This document shows, piece by piece, positions 40,680-51,047 of a stretch of 64,000 bases of DNA (its first letter is position 1; each line of letters begins with the position of its first letter). This stretch comes from an uncultured Ectothiorhodospiraceae bacterium (GTDB lineage: Bacteria > Pseudomonadota > Gammaproteobacteria > GCA-002705445 > GCA-002716945), in contig CAYFEQ010000002.1 in the NCBI GenBank assembly GCA_964342155.1, forward strand, positions 35,197 to 99,196, given 5' to 3'. The translations under genes and the position numbers were made by a program. The notes beneath the pieces are model-generated. The model was given only the letters and a program-made list of their open reading frames with translations, ran no database searches and was not told the origin of the DNA.

Positions 40680-41765
40680 TTATTCTCTAAATTTGATATA
40701 AGACTTCTCAGAAAGATTTGTCCAAGGAATGACTTCTTTTTGAAATTTTTTATAGGATGCATATACTTCTTTAGTAATTGTATCCGTCTGACCAATTTCA
40801 TTTACAACTTCCATAGATAGCGTCTTCAAAAACTTCATTACTTTTTCCGGAAACTCATTAATACTTATATTTTCTGAAATTAAAAATTGTAATGCCTGAT
40901 TATTTTTTGATGTGTAGTCAGCCAACATATCAATATTAGCAGCCTTACATGAAATATCTATTATGTATTTCAAATCAGTGGGTAATTTTTCATAGGCATC
41001 TTTATTTATTATACATTCAATAGTTGGGCCTGGTTCATGCCACCCTGGATAGTAATAGTATTTTGCTGCTTTATGTAAACCAAATGCTCTGTCATTATAT
41101 GGCCCAACCCATTCGGTTGCATCAATAGCACCTGTTTGCAGTGCAGTAAAAAGTTCAGTTCCTGGTAAAGTTATTGGAACACCCCCTGCTCTTGCTAAAA
41201 CTTCTCCACCTAAACCTGGAATCCTCATTTTTAAACCTTTTAAATCTTTAGGGCTTTTAATTTTTTTATTAAACCACCCACCCATTTGAACACCGGTATT
41301 ACCAGCTGGTCGTGGTATCAAATTAAATTGAGTATATAATTTTTCCCATAACTTTAATCCGTCTCCATAATACAACCATGCATTCATTTCTTGTGCATTC
41401 AGACCAAAAGGGACTGAAGAAAAAAATTGGCAAGCCTGACTTTTACCTTTCCAATAGTAAGCACCTGAATGACCTAGTTCTGCTCCGCCACCAGAAACAT
41501 AATCAAAAACTTCCAAAGGAGGTACCAATTCGTTGGCACCAAAGACTTTCACCTTAATCCTGTTATTTGATAATTGGTTTATAATTTTTGCTAAATGTTC
41601 AGCTCCAACGCCTAATCCAGGAAAATTTTTTGGCCAGGAAGTAACCATCTTCCATTTAAATTGTGTTTTTGTTTCTGAAGAAACTTTATTAGATGTCATT
41701 AAAGATCCACCAACAAGTGACAGACCAATTGATTTGATAAAATCTCTTCTTCTTATTTTTTTCAT
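40680..41765 (-). CDS. dctP: TRAP transporter substrate-binding protein with twin-arginine (Tat) signal
   Basis: 361 aa; MKKIRRRDFIKSIGLSLVGG Tat motif; DctP-family SBP fold; convergent with dctQM, stop codons abut. Confidence 0.8.
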   Translation of the reverse strand: MKKIRRRDFIKSIGLSLVGGSLMTSNKVSSETKTQFKWKMVTSWPKNFPGLGVGAEHLAKIINQLSNNRIKVKVFGANELVPPLEVFDYVSGGGAELGHSGAYYWKGKSQACQFFSSVPFGLNAQEMNAWLYYGDGLKLWEKLYTQFNLIPRPAGNTGVQMGGWFNKKIKSPKDLKGLKMRIPGLGGEVLARAGGVPITLPGTELFTALQTGAIDATEWVGPYNDRAFGLHKAAKYYYYPGWHEPGPTIECIINKDAYEKLPTDLKYIIDISCKAANIDMLADYTSKNNQALQFLISENISINEFPEKVMKFLKTLSMEVVNEIGQTDTITKEVYASYKKFQKEVIPWTNLSEKSYIKFRE

Positions 41766-41766
41766 C

Positions 41767-43899
41767 TTATAGAAATTCCAAATTGCTATAATTTAAAACC
41801 AAAACTTTATAACCATAGTTATCAAAGTTTATATGAAGTTTTAAATCATCTCTAGCCCCTTCATATCTTTGGATTATCCCCTCGCCAAATTTTATATGCC
41901 TAACCCTTTGTCCTACTTTAAAAAAGTGATTTTTCTTCGGATGTGATGAGTTAGTTGAGCGATAATTGGAACTAGGTGTTGATTCTGATTTAATATTTTC
42001 TATCATTTCATCTGGTATTTCACTTAGAAACCTAGATGGTCCAGTAGAAGGGTTATAACCTGTCTCTCTGAATTCTGCAAAACTAAAGAAAAGTAGTTTT
42101 TTTGCCCTTGTAATTGCTACATAACATAATCTTCTTTCTTCTTCCAAAAAATCATCCTCTGTGTCTCTTCTATAATTAGGGAAAATACCATCTTCTAGAC
42201 CCATTAAAAAAACAATTGGAAACTCAAGACCTTTAGCTGAATGTATTGTCATAATTTGGAGTGGATCGTCATGAGTTTTTGATTGATATTCGCCAGCCTC
42301 TAAAGCAGCATTATCTAAAAAATCCCGAATTAAATCATCACTATCATGATTACTGTTTTCAAAAGACTCGGCATGTGATACTAATTCTTCAAGGTTTTCC
42401 TGTTTAGAAACTGACTCTTCACCCTTTAGATTCTCATAGTGAGATTTTAGAGTGGATAATTTAATTGTAGTCTCAATTAAAGAAGATAAGTCTGACGTTT
42501 TTATTAATGAAGAAATCTCTAATATAATTTTGATAAAGGATTTGATTGAATCTATTGACCGTGTGATCTCTAGTTTCTCAAGGTTTTGAATAGATTCCCA
42601 TAATGAAATAGAATGTGATTTTGAATGATTCCTAATCACTTCCATTGTCTTTTCACCAATACCTCTAGGTGGAACATTTATAACCCTCTCAAATGCTGTA
42701 TTATCAGAAGTATTAGCTGCTAATCGAAGATAGGCAATAACATCTTTGATTTCTGCTCTTTCAAAAAAACGAAATCCCCCAAAAACAATATATGGTATCT
42801 TTCTAGCACTTAATTCTCCTTCTAAAGCCCTAGAGAGGAAATTAGCACGATATAATATAGCCATGTCTGACCTCTTATAACCATTCTCAAAAAACCAATT
42901 AATTTTTTCAGAAATAAATCTACATTCTTCTTTAGAACTATCAGCTCTATATAAATAGACAGGTTCTCCTTTTTTTGAAGAAGTCCATAAATCCTTTCCT
43001 AATCTATTTTGATTTTTTTTAATTAAACTATTAGCTACATCTAAAATTTTACTTGTTGATCTGTAATTCTGTTCTAGTTTGAACATCTCAACATTGGAAA
43101 ACTCATTTTTGAAAAGTTGTATATTTTTACTGCGAGCGCCTCTCCAAGCATAAATAGACTGATCATCATCACCGACGGCATATAATGATCCTTTTTCTCC
43201 ATTCAATGTTTTAAGAAGATTAAACTGTAATGTATTAGTATCCTGGAATTCATCGACCATAATATGTTGAAATCTATTATTATAATATTTAAGTAATTCA
43301 GGCTTGTTTTTGAGTGTCTCATAAGTAGTTAAAATTAAATCCGCAAAATCTAACGATTTAGTTTGTATTCGCGCTTCTTCATAATCTCTAAAAATGTCTC
43401 TATAAGTATCATCTTTACCTGATGACTTAGACACTCTTTCTCCTTTATCTTTTCGTGAATTTATAAATGATTGTAAAGCCTTTGGGTCATAAATTTTTTC
43501 ATCAAGATTTCTTGATTTGATAACTCTTTTAATTATCCTCAGTTGATCTTGCGAATCAAGTATAGTAAAAAATTCAGATATTCCTGCATCCTGCCAGTGT
43601 ATCTTTAAAAATCTTCTGCAAATTCCATGAAATGTTCCAAACCATAATCCCTGAGAAGAAATACGTAGCAAATTTTCTATTCTTTGTTTCATTTCATTGG
43701 CTGCTTTGTTCGTAAAAGTTAAGGCCAAAATATTACTTGGTTTAATATTAAAATCCTGAATTAGTTTTGCCACCCTACAAGTTAACACTTTTGTTTTACC
43801 ACTTCCTGCACCGGCTAGAATTAATTTATTGCCTTCACTGCAATTTACAGCTTCTTTTTGTTGGTTATTTAATTCTCCAAATTCTATTTGTTCTGTCAC
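41767..43899 (-). CDS. uvrD: ATP-dependent DNA helicase II
   Basis: 710 aa; Walker A AGAGSGKT, SF1 helicase motifs, UvrD-like C-terminal tail. Confidence 0.85.
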   Translation of the reverse strand: MTEQIEFGELNNQQKEAVNCSEGNKLILAGAGSGKTKVLTCRVAKLIQDFNIKPSNILALTFTNKAANEMKQRIENLLRISSQGLWFGTFHGICRRFLKIHWQDAGISEFFTILDSQDQLRIIKRVIKSRNLDEKIYDPKALQSFINSRKDKGERVSKSSGKDDTYRDIFRDYEEARIQTKSLDFADLILTTYETLKNKPELLKYYNNRFQHIMVDEFQDTNTLQFNLLKTLNGEKGSLYAVGDDDQSIYAWRGARSKNIQLFKNEFSNVEMFKLEQNYRSTSKILDVANSLIKKNQNRLGKDLWTSSKKGEPVYLYRADSSKEECRFISEKINWFFENGYKRSDMAILYRANFLSRALEGELSARKIPYIVFGGFRFFERAEIKDVIAYLRLAANTSDNTAFERVINVPPRGIGEKTMEVIRNHSKSHSISLWESIQNLEKLEITRSIDSIKSFIKIILEISSLIKTSDLSSLIETTIKLSTLKSHYENLKGEESVSKQENLEELVSHAESFENSNHDSDDLIRDFLDNAALEAGEYQSKTHDDPLQIMTIHSAKGLEFPIVFLMGLEDGIFPNYRRDTEDDFLEEERRLCYVAITRAKKLLFFSFAEFRETGYNPSTGPSRFLSEIPDEMIENIKSESTPSSNYRSTNSSHPKKNHFFKVGQRVRHIKFGEGIIQRYEGARDDLKLHINFDNYGYKVLVLNYSNLEFL

Positions 43900-45557
43900 T
43901 TGTTATCTCTTGGTCTTAAAATAAGAATAATTATGAGGGCAATCAAAATATAAGGTACAGAAAAATTAAAATAAATATTTAATTTATCAAATGAAGCAAG
44001 TAAAACCCCCATCATTGCAGGTGGAACAAGCAGAAAAAATATTGAAAAATACCAATAATTTCTTAAACTATGTTTACTTATTTGTTCCTCGACTTTTTTT
44101 AATTGCTTGATATTCTTATTTAAATCAAAATTATCATTATTTATTAAATCAATGATTCGTCTGATTGAACTAGGTATTTCTGGAAAAACATCTATTAATT
44201 GTGTTGAATTCTCTCGGAATTTTTTTATTAATGAAAGAAGTCCTTTCTGTTTTTGCATCCATCGTTCCAAAATAGGTTTCGATGTTTTCCATAGATCTAA
44301 TTCTGGGTTAAATTGTCTTCCAAGTCCTTCTGTATATAACAAAGTTTTTTGCATTAGTATTAATTGTGGCTGAACTTCTAGTTTAAATTTCCTTGCTGTG
44401 CTGAATAAACTAATTATTATGTCACTGATTGATATATCCTTAATTGGTCGATCAAGCATGGGCTCACAATTTTGCCGGATAGCTTCTTCCAATTCACTTA
44501 TATTCGTATCTCTAGGCACCCATTCGCACTCTACATGCAATCTTGCTACTTTTGCATAATCCCTATTGAAGAAAGCAACAAAGTTTTCTGCTAAATATTT
44601 TTTATCAAACTCACTCAAGGAACCTACGATACCAAAATCAACAAGAACTAATTGAACATGATTATCCCTATTTCTAACAAAAATATTACCTGGATGCATA
44701 TCTGCATGAAAGAAATTATGTTCAAAAACTTGGATAAAAAATAATTCTAATGCTTTGTTAGCTACTTCTTCAAAATTTATATTATTTTCATGCAGTTCTT
44801 TCTTATTATTTATAGGTATAGCAAAAACTCTTTCCATTACTAAAACATTTTTGGTAACTAAATCCCAATGTATATCTGGTATATATAATAAATCTGAATT
44901 TATAAAATTCTCCTTCATTCTCTTAGCATTGGATGCCTCTTTGATTAAATCGAGTTCATCAAAAATTATTCTTTCATAATCATTTACTACTTCTATTAGA
45001 TGCATCCTTTTAAAATCATTAGATAAAGAATTTAGATAAGCTGCTATTTTCTTCATTAGAAGTAGATCTTTATTTATCTGTTCTACAATTCTTGGTCTTA
45101 CTACCTTAACTATTACATTTTCATTATTGTTGAGGGTAGCTTCATGAACTTGAGCAATAGATGCCGAAGCAATTGGTATAGGATTGAATGTAGAAAATAT
45201 TAAATCTATCTTCTTTTTCATATCACTCTCAATTATCTTTATTGCTTCATTACCTGAGAAAGGTTTTACACTATCCTGTAATTTAGATAATTCTTCTGCA
45301 ATATCATCGCTTAATAAATCTTTTCTAGTGGAAATTATTTGCCCAAGCTTGACAAATATAGGGCCTAATTCTTCGAATAAAGTTTTTATTTTGAAAGGAA
45401 CATTTTTTATTTCTTTTTTACGAAACCAATTCCAGGGAAAAATATAGAAAAGATAAACTTTTTTACTCACTAATTTAGAATTTAACAACATACCGTCAAT
45501 ATCATATTTAAAAGCTAAATAGATAATTTGAAAAATTCTAAATAAGTTTCTAATCAT
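43896..45557 (-). CDS. ubiB: Ubiquinone biosynthesis regulatory protein kinase UbiB (ABC1 family)
   Basis: 553 aa; ABC1 kinase-like core (IASASIAQVH, HADMHPGN, DFG), C-terminal TM segments. Confidence 0.9.
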   Translation of the reverse strand: MIRNLFRIFQIIYLAFKYDIDGMLLNSKLVSKKVYLFYIFPWNWFRKKEIKNVPFKIKTLFEELGPIFVKLGQIISTRKDLLSDDIAEELSKLQDSVKPFSGNEAIKIIESDMKKKIDLIFSTFNPIPIASASIAQVHEATLNNNENVIVKVVRPRIVEQINKDLLLMKKIAAYLNSLSNDFKRMHLIEVVNDYERIIFDELDLIKEASNAKRMKENFINSDLLYIPDIHWDLVTKNVLVMERVFAIPINNKKELHENNINFEEVANKALELFFIQVFEHNFFHADMHPGNIFVRNRDNHVQLVLVDFGIVGSLSEFDKKYLAENFVAFFNRDYAKVARLHVECEWVPRDTNISELEEAIRQNCEPMLDRPIKDISISDIIISLFSTARKFKLEVQPQLILMQKTLLYTEGLGRQFNPELDLWKTSKPILERWMQKQKGLLSLIKKFRENSTQLIDVFPEIPSSIRRIIDLINNDNFDLNKNIKQLKKVEEQISKHSLRNYWYFSIFFLLVPPAMMGVLLASFDKLNIYFNFSVPYILIALIIILILRPRDNK

Positions 45558-46134
45558 TGGAATATTTTTTTAAAAGTTTGTCAGTTCTGCTTTTGAGATT
45601 ATCTACATCATCTAAAAATTTATCTACGTCTACCTTTGTTGGAAATAAAGCTATATCTTCGACTAAAAAATCTCTTAAATCATGAGTGGTATGTTCTAAA
45701 AAATTTATTATATCTTTGTTGCATTTGGAAAAAATATTTTCAATTCTATCAGCCTTGTCAACTCCTAGTAGGTTAGAGATGATAAGATGGAGTTTTTTGG
45801 ATTTATATAAAAAATTATTTATATGATTAGCCGTATTTATATCTCCATTTATTTTAATTCTATCTGAAAATTTATCTGAACCTTTTGTTATAACATACAT
45901 GAAAAAATCTGAAGGGGAGGCAATAAATTCAACATCATAATCATTTTCATCATCCGTGAGGATAATTGTATTATTCTCTACCTTAAAAAATAATTCTAAA
46001 TTAACTCTTGTGAAATTAATTTTTATTTTCTTGTTATCTATTTCATTAAGAAAATTCTCAGGAAGAATTTGGTTAAAATTTCCTTCTTGGAGTATAGTAT
46101 TACAATACTTTATAAAGTTTTTTGTTATTTTCAA
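45550..46134 (-). CDS. ubiJ: Ubiquinone biosynthesis accessory factor UbiJ (SCP2 domain, YigP-like)
   Basis: 194 aa between ubiE and ubiB (conserved ubiE-ubiJ-ubiB arrangement); SCP2-like N-terminal half. Confidence 0.55.
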   Translation of the reverse strand: MKITKNFIKYCNTILQEGNFNQILPENFLNEIDNKKIKINFTRVNLELFFKVENNTIILTDDENDYDVEFIASPSDFFMYVITKGSDKFSDRIKINGDINTANHINNFLYKSKKLHLIISNLLGVDKADRIENIFSKCNKDIINFLEHTTHDLRDFLVEDIALFPTKVDVDKFLDDVDNLKSRTDKLLKKYSND

Positions 46135-46895
46135 TTTTTATATCCAATATGTATTGTTACAATACCGCCACTAAGATAAAAAAACTTTGTGTTAATAAAA
46201 TTATTAATTCTTAACATTTCAAGGACTTTAGTTGGATTAGGATGCATCTTTATAGATTCAGCAAGATAATTATAGCTATCAGAGTCATTTGCAATAACTT
46301 TACCTAGTTGCGGGATTATTTTAAACGTATATTCTTGAAAAACTTTATTCATATATTTATTTTTTGGAGTACATAATTCTAAAATAATGATTTTTCCGCC
46401 TGGTTTTAACATCCTGTAAATATTTTTAAGCGATAAATTATAGTCAGTAAAGTTCCTGAAACCAAAAGCTGTAGATGCAACATCAAAACTATTATCTTTT
46501 AAATTACATTTCTCGATAGAAGAACGCACGTATTTAATATTTTTTACAAAACCATTATCTACCATTTTTCTTTTACATATTTTATGCATTTCTTGACTAC
46601 TATCTAAGCATGTTACAGACAAATTTTTATTTTTTTTTAGAAGTTCTAATGAAATATCTCCAGTACCAGATGCAATATCAATTACTTTAGAAATATTTCT
46701 TGGATTACACATACTTACCATTCTTTTTTTCCAAAGTCTATGTAATCCAAAAGACATTACATCATTCATTAAATCATATTTATCAGAAACTGATGTAAAT
46801 AGATTTGATATCATTTCATCTTTGATTTTTTTAGAAACTTTTAAAAAACCAAAATTAACTTTTTCTATCATTTTAACTTCTCTTTCTTGCCACAT
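46131..46895 (-). CDS. ubiE: Demethylmenaquinone/ubiquinone C-methyltransferase
   Basis: 254 aa; VIDIASGTGD SAM motif; UbiE N-terminal signature. Confidence 0.9.
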   Translation of the reverse strand: MWQEREVKMIEKVNFGFLKVSKKIKDEMISNLFTSVSDKYDLMNDVMSFGLHRLWKKRMVSMCNPRNISKVIDIASGTGDISLELLKKNKNLSVTCLDSSQEMHKICKRKMVDNGFVKNIKYVRSSIEKCNLKDNSFDVASTAFGFRNFTDYNLSLKNIYRMLKPGGKIIILELCTPKNKYMNKVFQEYTFKIIPQLGKVIANDSDSYNYLAESIKMHPNPTKVLEMLRINNFINTKFFYLSGGIVTIHIGYKN

Positions 46896-49035
46896 TTAGT
46901 ACATTAACATTCTTTTTTAATTGTGACATTAATTTGGACAAAGCTTTAAGATCTGTTACAGAAATTACAAATATCATTATATTATGTCCTGTTTCTTTAG
47001 TATCATCATATGTGACACTGTCAATGTTACATTCATTTTTTGCAATAATTGAAGAGATTTGTGCAAGAACGCCCCTTTTATTTTCTACTTCTACTTTTAT
47101 ACAAACACTAAAAAAATCATCAATATTTTCTGACCATACGAGGTCAATACTTTGCTCATTTGATTTTTTACTGTGCTTTACACTATTGCAAATTTGTCTA
47201 TGTACAACTATTCCTTTACCCTGACTAATACTGCCAATTATCGAATCACCAGGAATAGGATAACAACATTTAGCATAAGATAGAACTAAGCCTTCTGTTC
47301 CTTGAATATGAATTTCTTTAGATTTCTTTTTAACATTTTTTTTGATCATATTCACAGGGGCAACTCTCATTGCAACAAGTTTAGGTATTCTATTTCCTAA
47401 ACCAATTTCACAAAACAAATCTTCCAGATTGCTGCAGCTATACTCTTGTAAAACCATTTTCATTGTTTTAGATGGTATTTCGTCAAGCTTAATTTCATAT
47501 TCAATTAAAGAATTTTTGAATAATTTTTCACCCAAATTAATTGCATCTTCTCTTTGTGTTAATCTGAGCGCTGCTCTTATTGAATGTCTAGCTTTTTCAG
47601 TTACAACAAAGTTAAGCCAGCTTGGGTTTGGAAATGAATTCTCTTTAGTATAGATCTCAACCTTTTGTCCATTCTTCAGAATAAAATTTGGAGAAACTAT
47701 CTTATTATCTACATTTGCAGAATGGAAATTGTTTCCAAGTTCTGTATGAACCGCATATGCAAAATCAATAATTGTTGATCTTTTTGGCAGTTCCAAAATA
47801 TCACCCTTATGTGTGAATACATATACTTTCCCCGGATGTAAATCCGCTTTAATACTTTCCAAATATCCCTTAGGGTCACCAGAATCTTGTTGTATATTCA
47901 ACAAGTTCGTAATCCATTGTTGTTCTTTAGTATAGTCTTGGATAGTTGATGATTTCTTTGTTTTGTAGAACCAGTGCGCTGCAATACCGGTTTGAGCCAA
48001 AAAATCCATTTCTTCTGTTCTAATTTGAAATTCTAGAGGTAATCCGTGGGGACCAAAGATAGTTGTATGAAGTGATTGATAGCCATTTGATTTTGGTATT
48101 GCAATATAATCTTTGAACTTACCAGGCATAGGAGTATAGAGATTATGAATAATTCCTAATGATCTATAACAATCATCAACGGAACTAACTGTTATTCTTA
48201 CACCAAATAAATCATGTACATCAGAAAACTTTAACTCTTTTTGAAACATTTTTTTATAAATACCATATACATGTTTTTCACGAGCAATAACATTCACTTT
48301 CAAACCTTCTGCTAATAATTTAGCTTCTATGACCTTTTTAATCTTAGTCATTATTTCTTTTCTATTTCCACGAGATTTATCTATTTCATCTTTTAATACT
48401 TTATATCTGAACGGGTGGACAGACTCAAAAGCTAAGTCTTCTAATTCGATCTTCATAGTGTGAAGCCCTAATCTCAAAGCAATTGGTGCAAAAATTTCTA
48501 GAGTCTCTTTACCAATTTTCCTCCTTCGAGAATATGAAAGTGCATTAATAGTTTTAAGATTATGTCTTCTGTCTGCAAGTTTTATTAAAATTACTCTTAT
48601 ATCTTGACTCATTGCTAAGATCATTTTTCTTAGATTAGCTGCATCTGCTTCTTCTTTTGTGGAAAAGTTAATTTTATCGAGTTTACTTACACCATCAACT
48701 AAATCAGAGACCTTTTCACCAAACTTTTTTTTAAGATTTTCCTTTTCTATCTCTGTGTCTTCAATCACATCATGGAGTATAGCTGCCATAATAGATTCAT
48801 AATCTAACTGTAAACTTGCAAGATAAGATGCAGCTGATAGAGGGTGTTCTATGAAAGCTTCACCGGAGATTCTTTTTTGCCCTTTGTGTGCAGCTTGAGC
48901 GAATGTAAAAGCTTTTTCAATTTTCTTTATTTGATATGTATTTAGATATTTTTGAAGTGTCTTCTTAAAGTCAATAAATCTTTTTGTGTTTATACCAGCT
49001 ACTTTTGAGCTGGTTTTTTGATTCAGATTTCCCAT
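46873..49035 (-). CDS. spoT: Bifunctional (p)ppGpp synthetase/hydrolase
   Basis: 720 aa; HD hydrolase domain (HDVIEDT), synthetase domain, TGS and ACT C-terminal domains; gmk-rpoZ-spoT order. Confidence 0.85.
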   Translation of the reverse strand: MGNLNQKTSSKVAGINTKRFIDFKKTLQKYLNTYQIKKIEKAFTFAQAAHKGQKRISGEAFIEHPLSAASYLASLQLDYESIMAAILHDVIEDTEIEKENLKKKFGEKVSDLVDGVSKLDKINFSTKEEADAANLRKMILAMSQDIRVILIKLADRRHNLKTINALSYSRRRKIGKETLEIFAPIALRLGLHTMKIELEDLAFESVHPFRYKVLKDEIDKSRGNRKEIMTKIKKVIEAKLLAEGLKVNVIAREKHVYGIYKKMFQKELKFSDVHDLFGVRITVSSVDDCYRSLGIIHNLYTPMPGKFKDYIAIPKSNGYQSLHTTIFGPHGLPLEFQIRTEEMDFLAQTGIAAHWFYKTKKSSTIQDYTKEQQWITNLLNIQQDSGDPKGYLESIKADLHPGKVYVFTHKGDILELPKRSTIIDFAYAVHTELGNNFHSANVDNKIVSPNFILKNGQKVEIYTKENSFPNPSWLNFVVTEKARHSIRAALRLTQREDAINLGEKLFKNSLIEYEIKLDEIPSKTMKMVLQEYSCSNLEDLFCEIGLGNRIPKLVAMRVAPVNMIKKNVKKKSKEIHIQGTEGLVLSYAKCCYPIPGDSIIGSISQGKGIVVHRQICNSVKHSKKSNEQSIDLVWSENIDDFFSVCIKVEVENKRGVLAQISSIIAKNECNIDSVTYDDTKETGHNIMIFVISVTDLKALSKLMSQLKKNVNVLNVARKRS

Positions 49036-49055
49036 TGTAAAAAAATGGCTAGATT

Positions 49056-49463
49056 TTATTCTTGCTTGCCTTCTTCCTTAACTTCGGTAGATGGTAGATC
49101 TTCAACAGGCTGATCTGCATCAATTTGATTGTCATCTGTAGAATCTGATACATCTGTAGATTTTTCAAGATCTGCTTGTTCCGTTGCACCATAACCTTGA
49201 TTAATCTCATTAATTATTTCTTCCTCTGTAATTGCATCTTGTAATTTATTATCAATTTTCTCTTTCTGACTAGTTTCAAAATAATCCATGCCAACATGTG
49301 CTGCAGCGATTTCTCTTAGCGCCACAACAGTTGGTTTATCTTTACAATCAATTAAAGGGGTAGATCCATCTATTAAATCTTTTGCTCTTCGACTTGCTAA
49401 TGTAACAATATCGAAAGCATTAGTTATATTTTCTAGACAATCTTCTATAGTAACTCTTGCCAT
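49056..49463 (-). CDS. rpoZ: DNA-directed RNA polymerase subunit omega with extended acidic C-terminal tail
   Basis: N-terminal ~70 aa match RpoZ ([10 protein letters not shown]...LASRRAKDL...ALREIAAA); 135 aa total due to D/E-rich tail. Confidence 0.8.
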   Translation of the reverse strand: MARVTIEDCLENITNAFDIVTLASRRAKDLIDGSTPLIDCKDKPTVVALREIAAAHVGMDYFETSQKEKIDNKLQDAITEEEIINEINQGYGATEQADLEKSTDVSDSTDDNQIDADQPVEDLPSTEVKEEGKQE

Positions 49464-49523
49464 TGATTTCGCCTGTGATTAATTATGTACATTGTAACAG
49501 AATAAAAGTTTTACACAAACGCC

Positions 49524-50150
49524 TTATTTTATTGATGATATTGAGTTAACCCACTTTTCAAGAGAAATCCATTTTAGTTTTTTCTCTAGAATAATAAATT
49601 TTAATTGTTTGACTGCTTCATTAAAATCATCATTGATAACAACATAGTCCGCTTGCTTATGAAATTTTAATTCATTTTTTGATGACTTCATCCTGGAGTT
49701 GATTTCTTCAATATCATCTTCTCCTCTATTTTTTAATCTTTCCTTTAATGCCTCTTCATTTGGAGGCAGAATATATATTGATGTAGTATTGGGGTATTTA
49801 TTTTTGATATCTAACATTCCTTTATAATCAATTTCAAGCAAAACATCAAATCCTGACTCTATATCATTAATTATTAATTTTGATGACGTTCCATAATAGT
49901 TGCCATATACATTTTGATATTCTATAAACTCTTTTTTTTCAATTTTTTTGTTAAATTCTCTCTCTGTGACGAAATAATAGTCTATTCCTTCCTCTTCAGT
50001 TAATCTTTTTTTTCTAGTTGTAAAAGAAATTGATGGTTTGATAAATGACCAATCATCACAAAGCCTTTTTACTAGTGTTGTTTTTCCAGCACCTGAAGGT
50101 GCACTAATAATAAATATATTTAGAAGATTTAAAGATTTAACATTATTCAT
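49524..50150 (-). CDS. gmk: Guanylate kinase
   Basis: 208 aa; P-loop ISAPSGAGKTT; Gmk core motifs. Confidence 0.9.
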   Translation of the reverse strand: MNNVKSLNLLNIFIISAPSGAGKTTLVKRLCDDWSFIKPSISFTTRKKRLTEEEGIDYYFVTEREFNKKIEKKEFIEYQNVYGNYYGTSSKLIINDIESGFDVLLEIDYKGMLDIKNKYPNTTSIYILPPNEEALKERLKNRGEDDIEEINSRMKSSKNELKFHKQADYVVINDDFNEAVKQLKFIILEKKLKWISLEKWVNSISSIK

Positions 50151-50207
50151 AATTATAATTATCGATTATAATACACATGAGTAATATATTATACGAGGAG
50201 AAAGAAA

Positions 50208-50645
50208 ATGGGTGACCCTTGGAAATCAATAACTCCAGAAGGCGTTAGAGCTTTTACATATGGAGTTGGAACTACCGCTCTCCTATGGTTATATACTGCA
50301 GGAAAACTGGACATAGCATTATCAGCACTAATTATGATTGGCTTATCTCCTATTTTTTCTAAGGCAATTTTTATCACTACTATTTTATTCATCGTAGTGA
50401 TTATGATTTTTTATGGACTTCATGGTAAATTATTTACAACACTCATATTGGAACACATGCCTTGGGTAAAAAACCCTGATAGATTTTTATTATTCTTTTG
50501 GTTATGGGCTGTAGCTATTGCATCTGGGATCATGAATGTTTTTTCAGTAAATATTTTTTACCAATTCGTTTATCTTTTTTTCATCTTTCTCTTTCCATCG
50601 CTATTCCTCGGAACAAGAATACAAAAGAAAGGTGGGAATGAATAG
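50208..50645 (+). CDS. Hypothetical 4-TM membrane protein
   Basis: 145 aa; good SD (GAGGAG) upstream; four hydrophobic helices; no recognisable family. Confidence 0.4.
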   Translation: MGDPWKSITPEGVRAFTYGVGTTALLWLYTAGKLDIALSALIMIGLSPIFSKAIFITTILFIVVIMIFYGLHGKLFTTLILEHMPWVKNPDRFLLFFWLWAVAIASGIMNVFSVNIFYQFVYLFFIFLFPSLFLGTRIQKKGGNE

Positions 50646-50662
50646 CTTAACAAATAAACTTT

Positions 50663-51004
50663 TTAATCATCAAAAGTTTTTTTAGGCAGTATATCTACAT
50701 TAAATACTTTTCCCAACTTAACTAAAAAAGCAATTGCCAAGATACCACCTGGTAAGGCAAATATACCTGCTAGACCAATACTTTTAATAACATCTGAGAA
50801 TTGTTGGTTTGCTTTATCTATAGTCTTTTTATCAATATTTTCTCCAGAAATATATCTTTGATAAATATTTAACATCTCTTTTGTTTCAGCTGACTCATTT
50901 GCTAATAAGTTTTTAATTTCCAACAATGCTTCCTTAATTTTATTTTTGTTTTTTGTAAATTTATTAATTAAAGAATCAAAAATTTTTGTATCTTTAGTAG
51001 TCAT
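50663..51004 (-). CDS. Hypothetical small protein with C-terminal TM helix
   Basis: 113 aa; helical N-terminal region, single C-terminal TM (GLAGIFALPGGILAIAFLV); convergent with the preceding gene. Confidence 0.35.
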   Translation of the reverse strand: MTTKDTKIFDSLINKFTKNKNKIKEALLEIKNLLANESAETKEMLNIYQRYISGENIDKKTIDKANQQFSDVIKSIGLAGIFALPGGILAIAFLVKLGKVFNVDILPKKTFDD

Positions 51005-51047
51005 ATGCTTTACTTTCTATATAAATATGTTATGTCTAAAATAGTTT

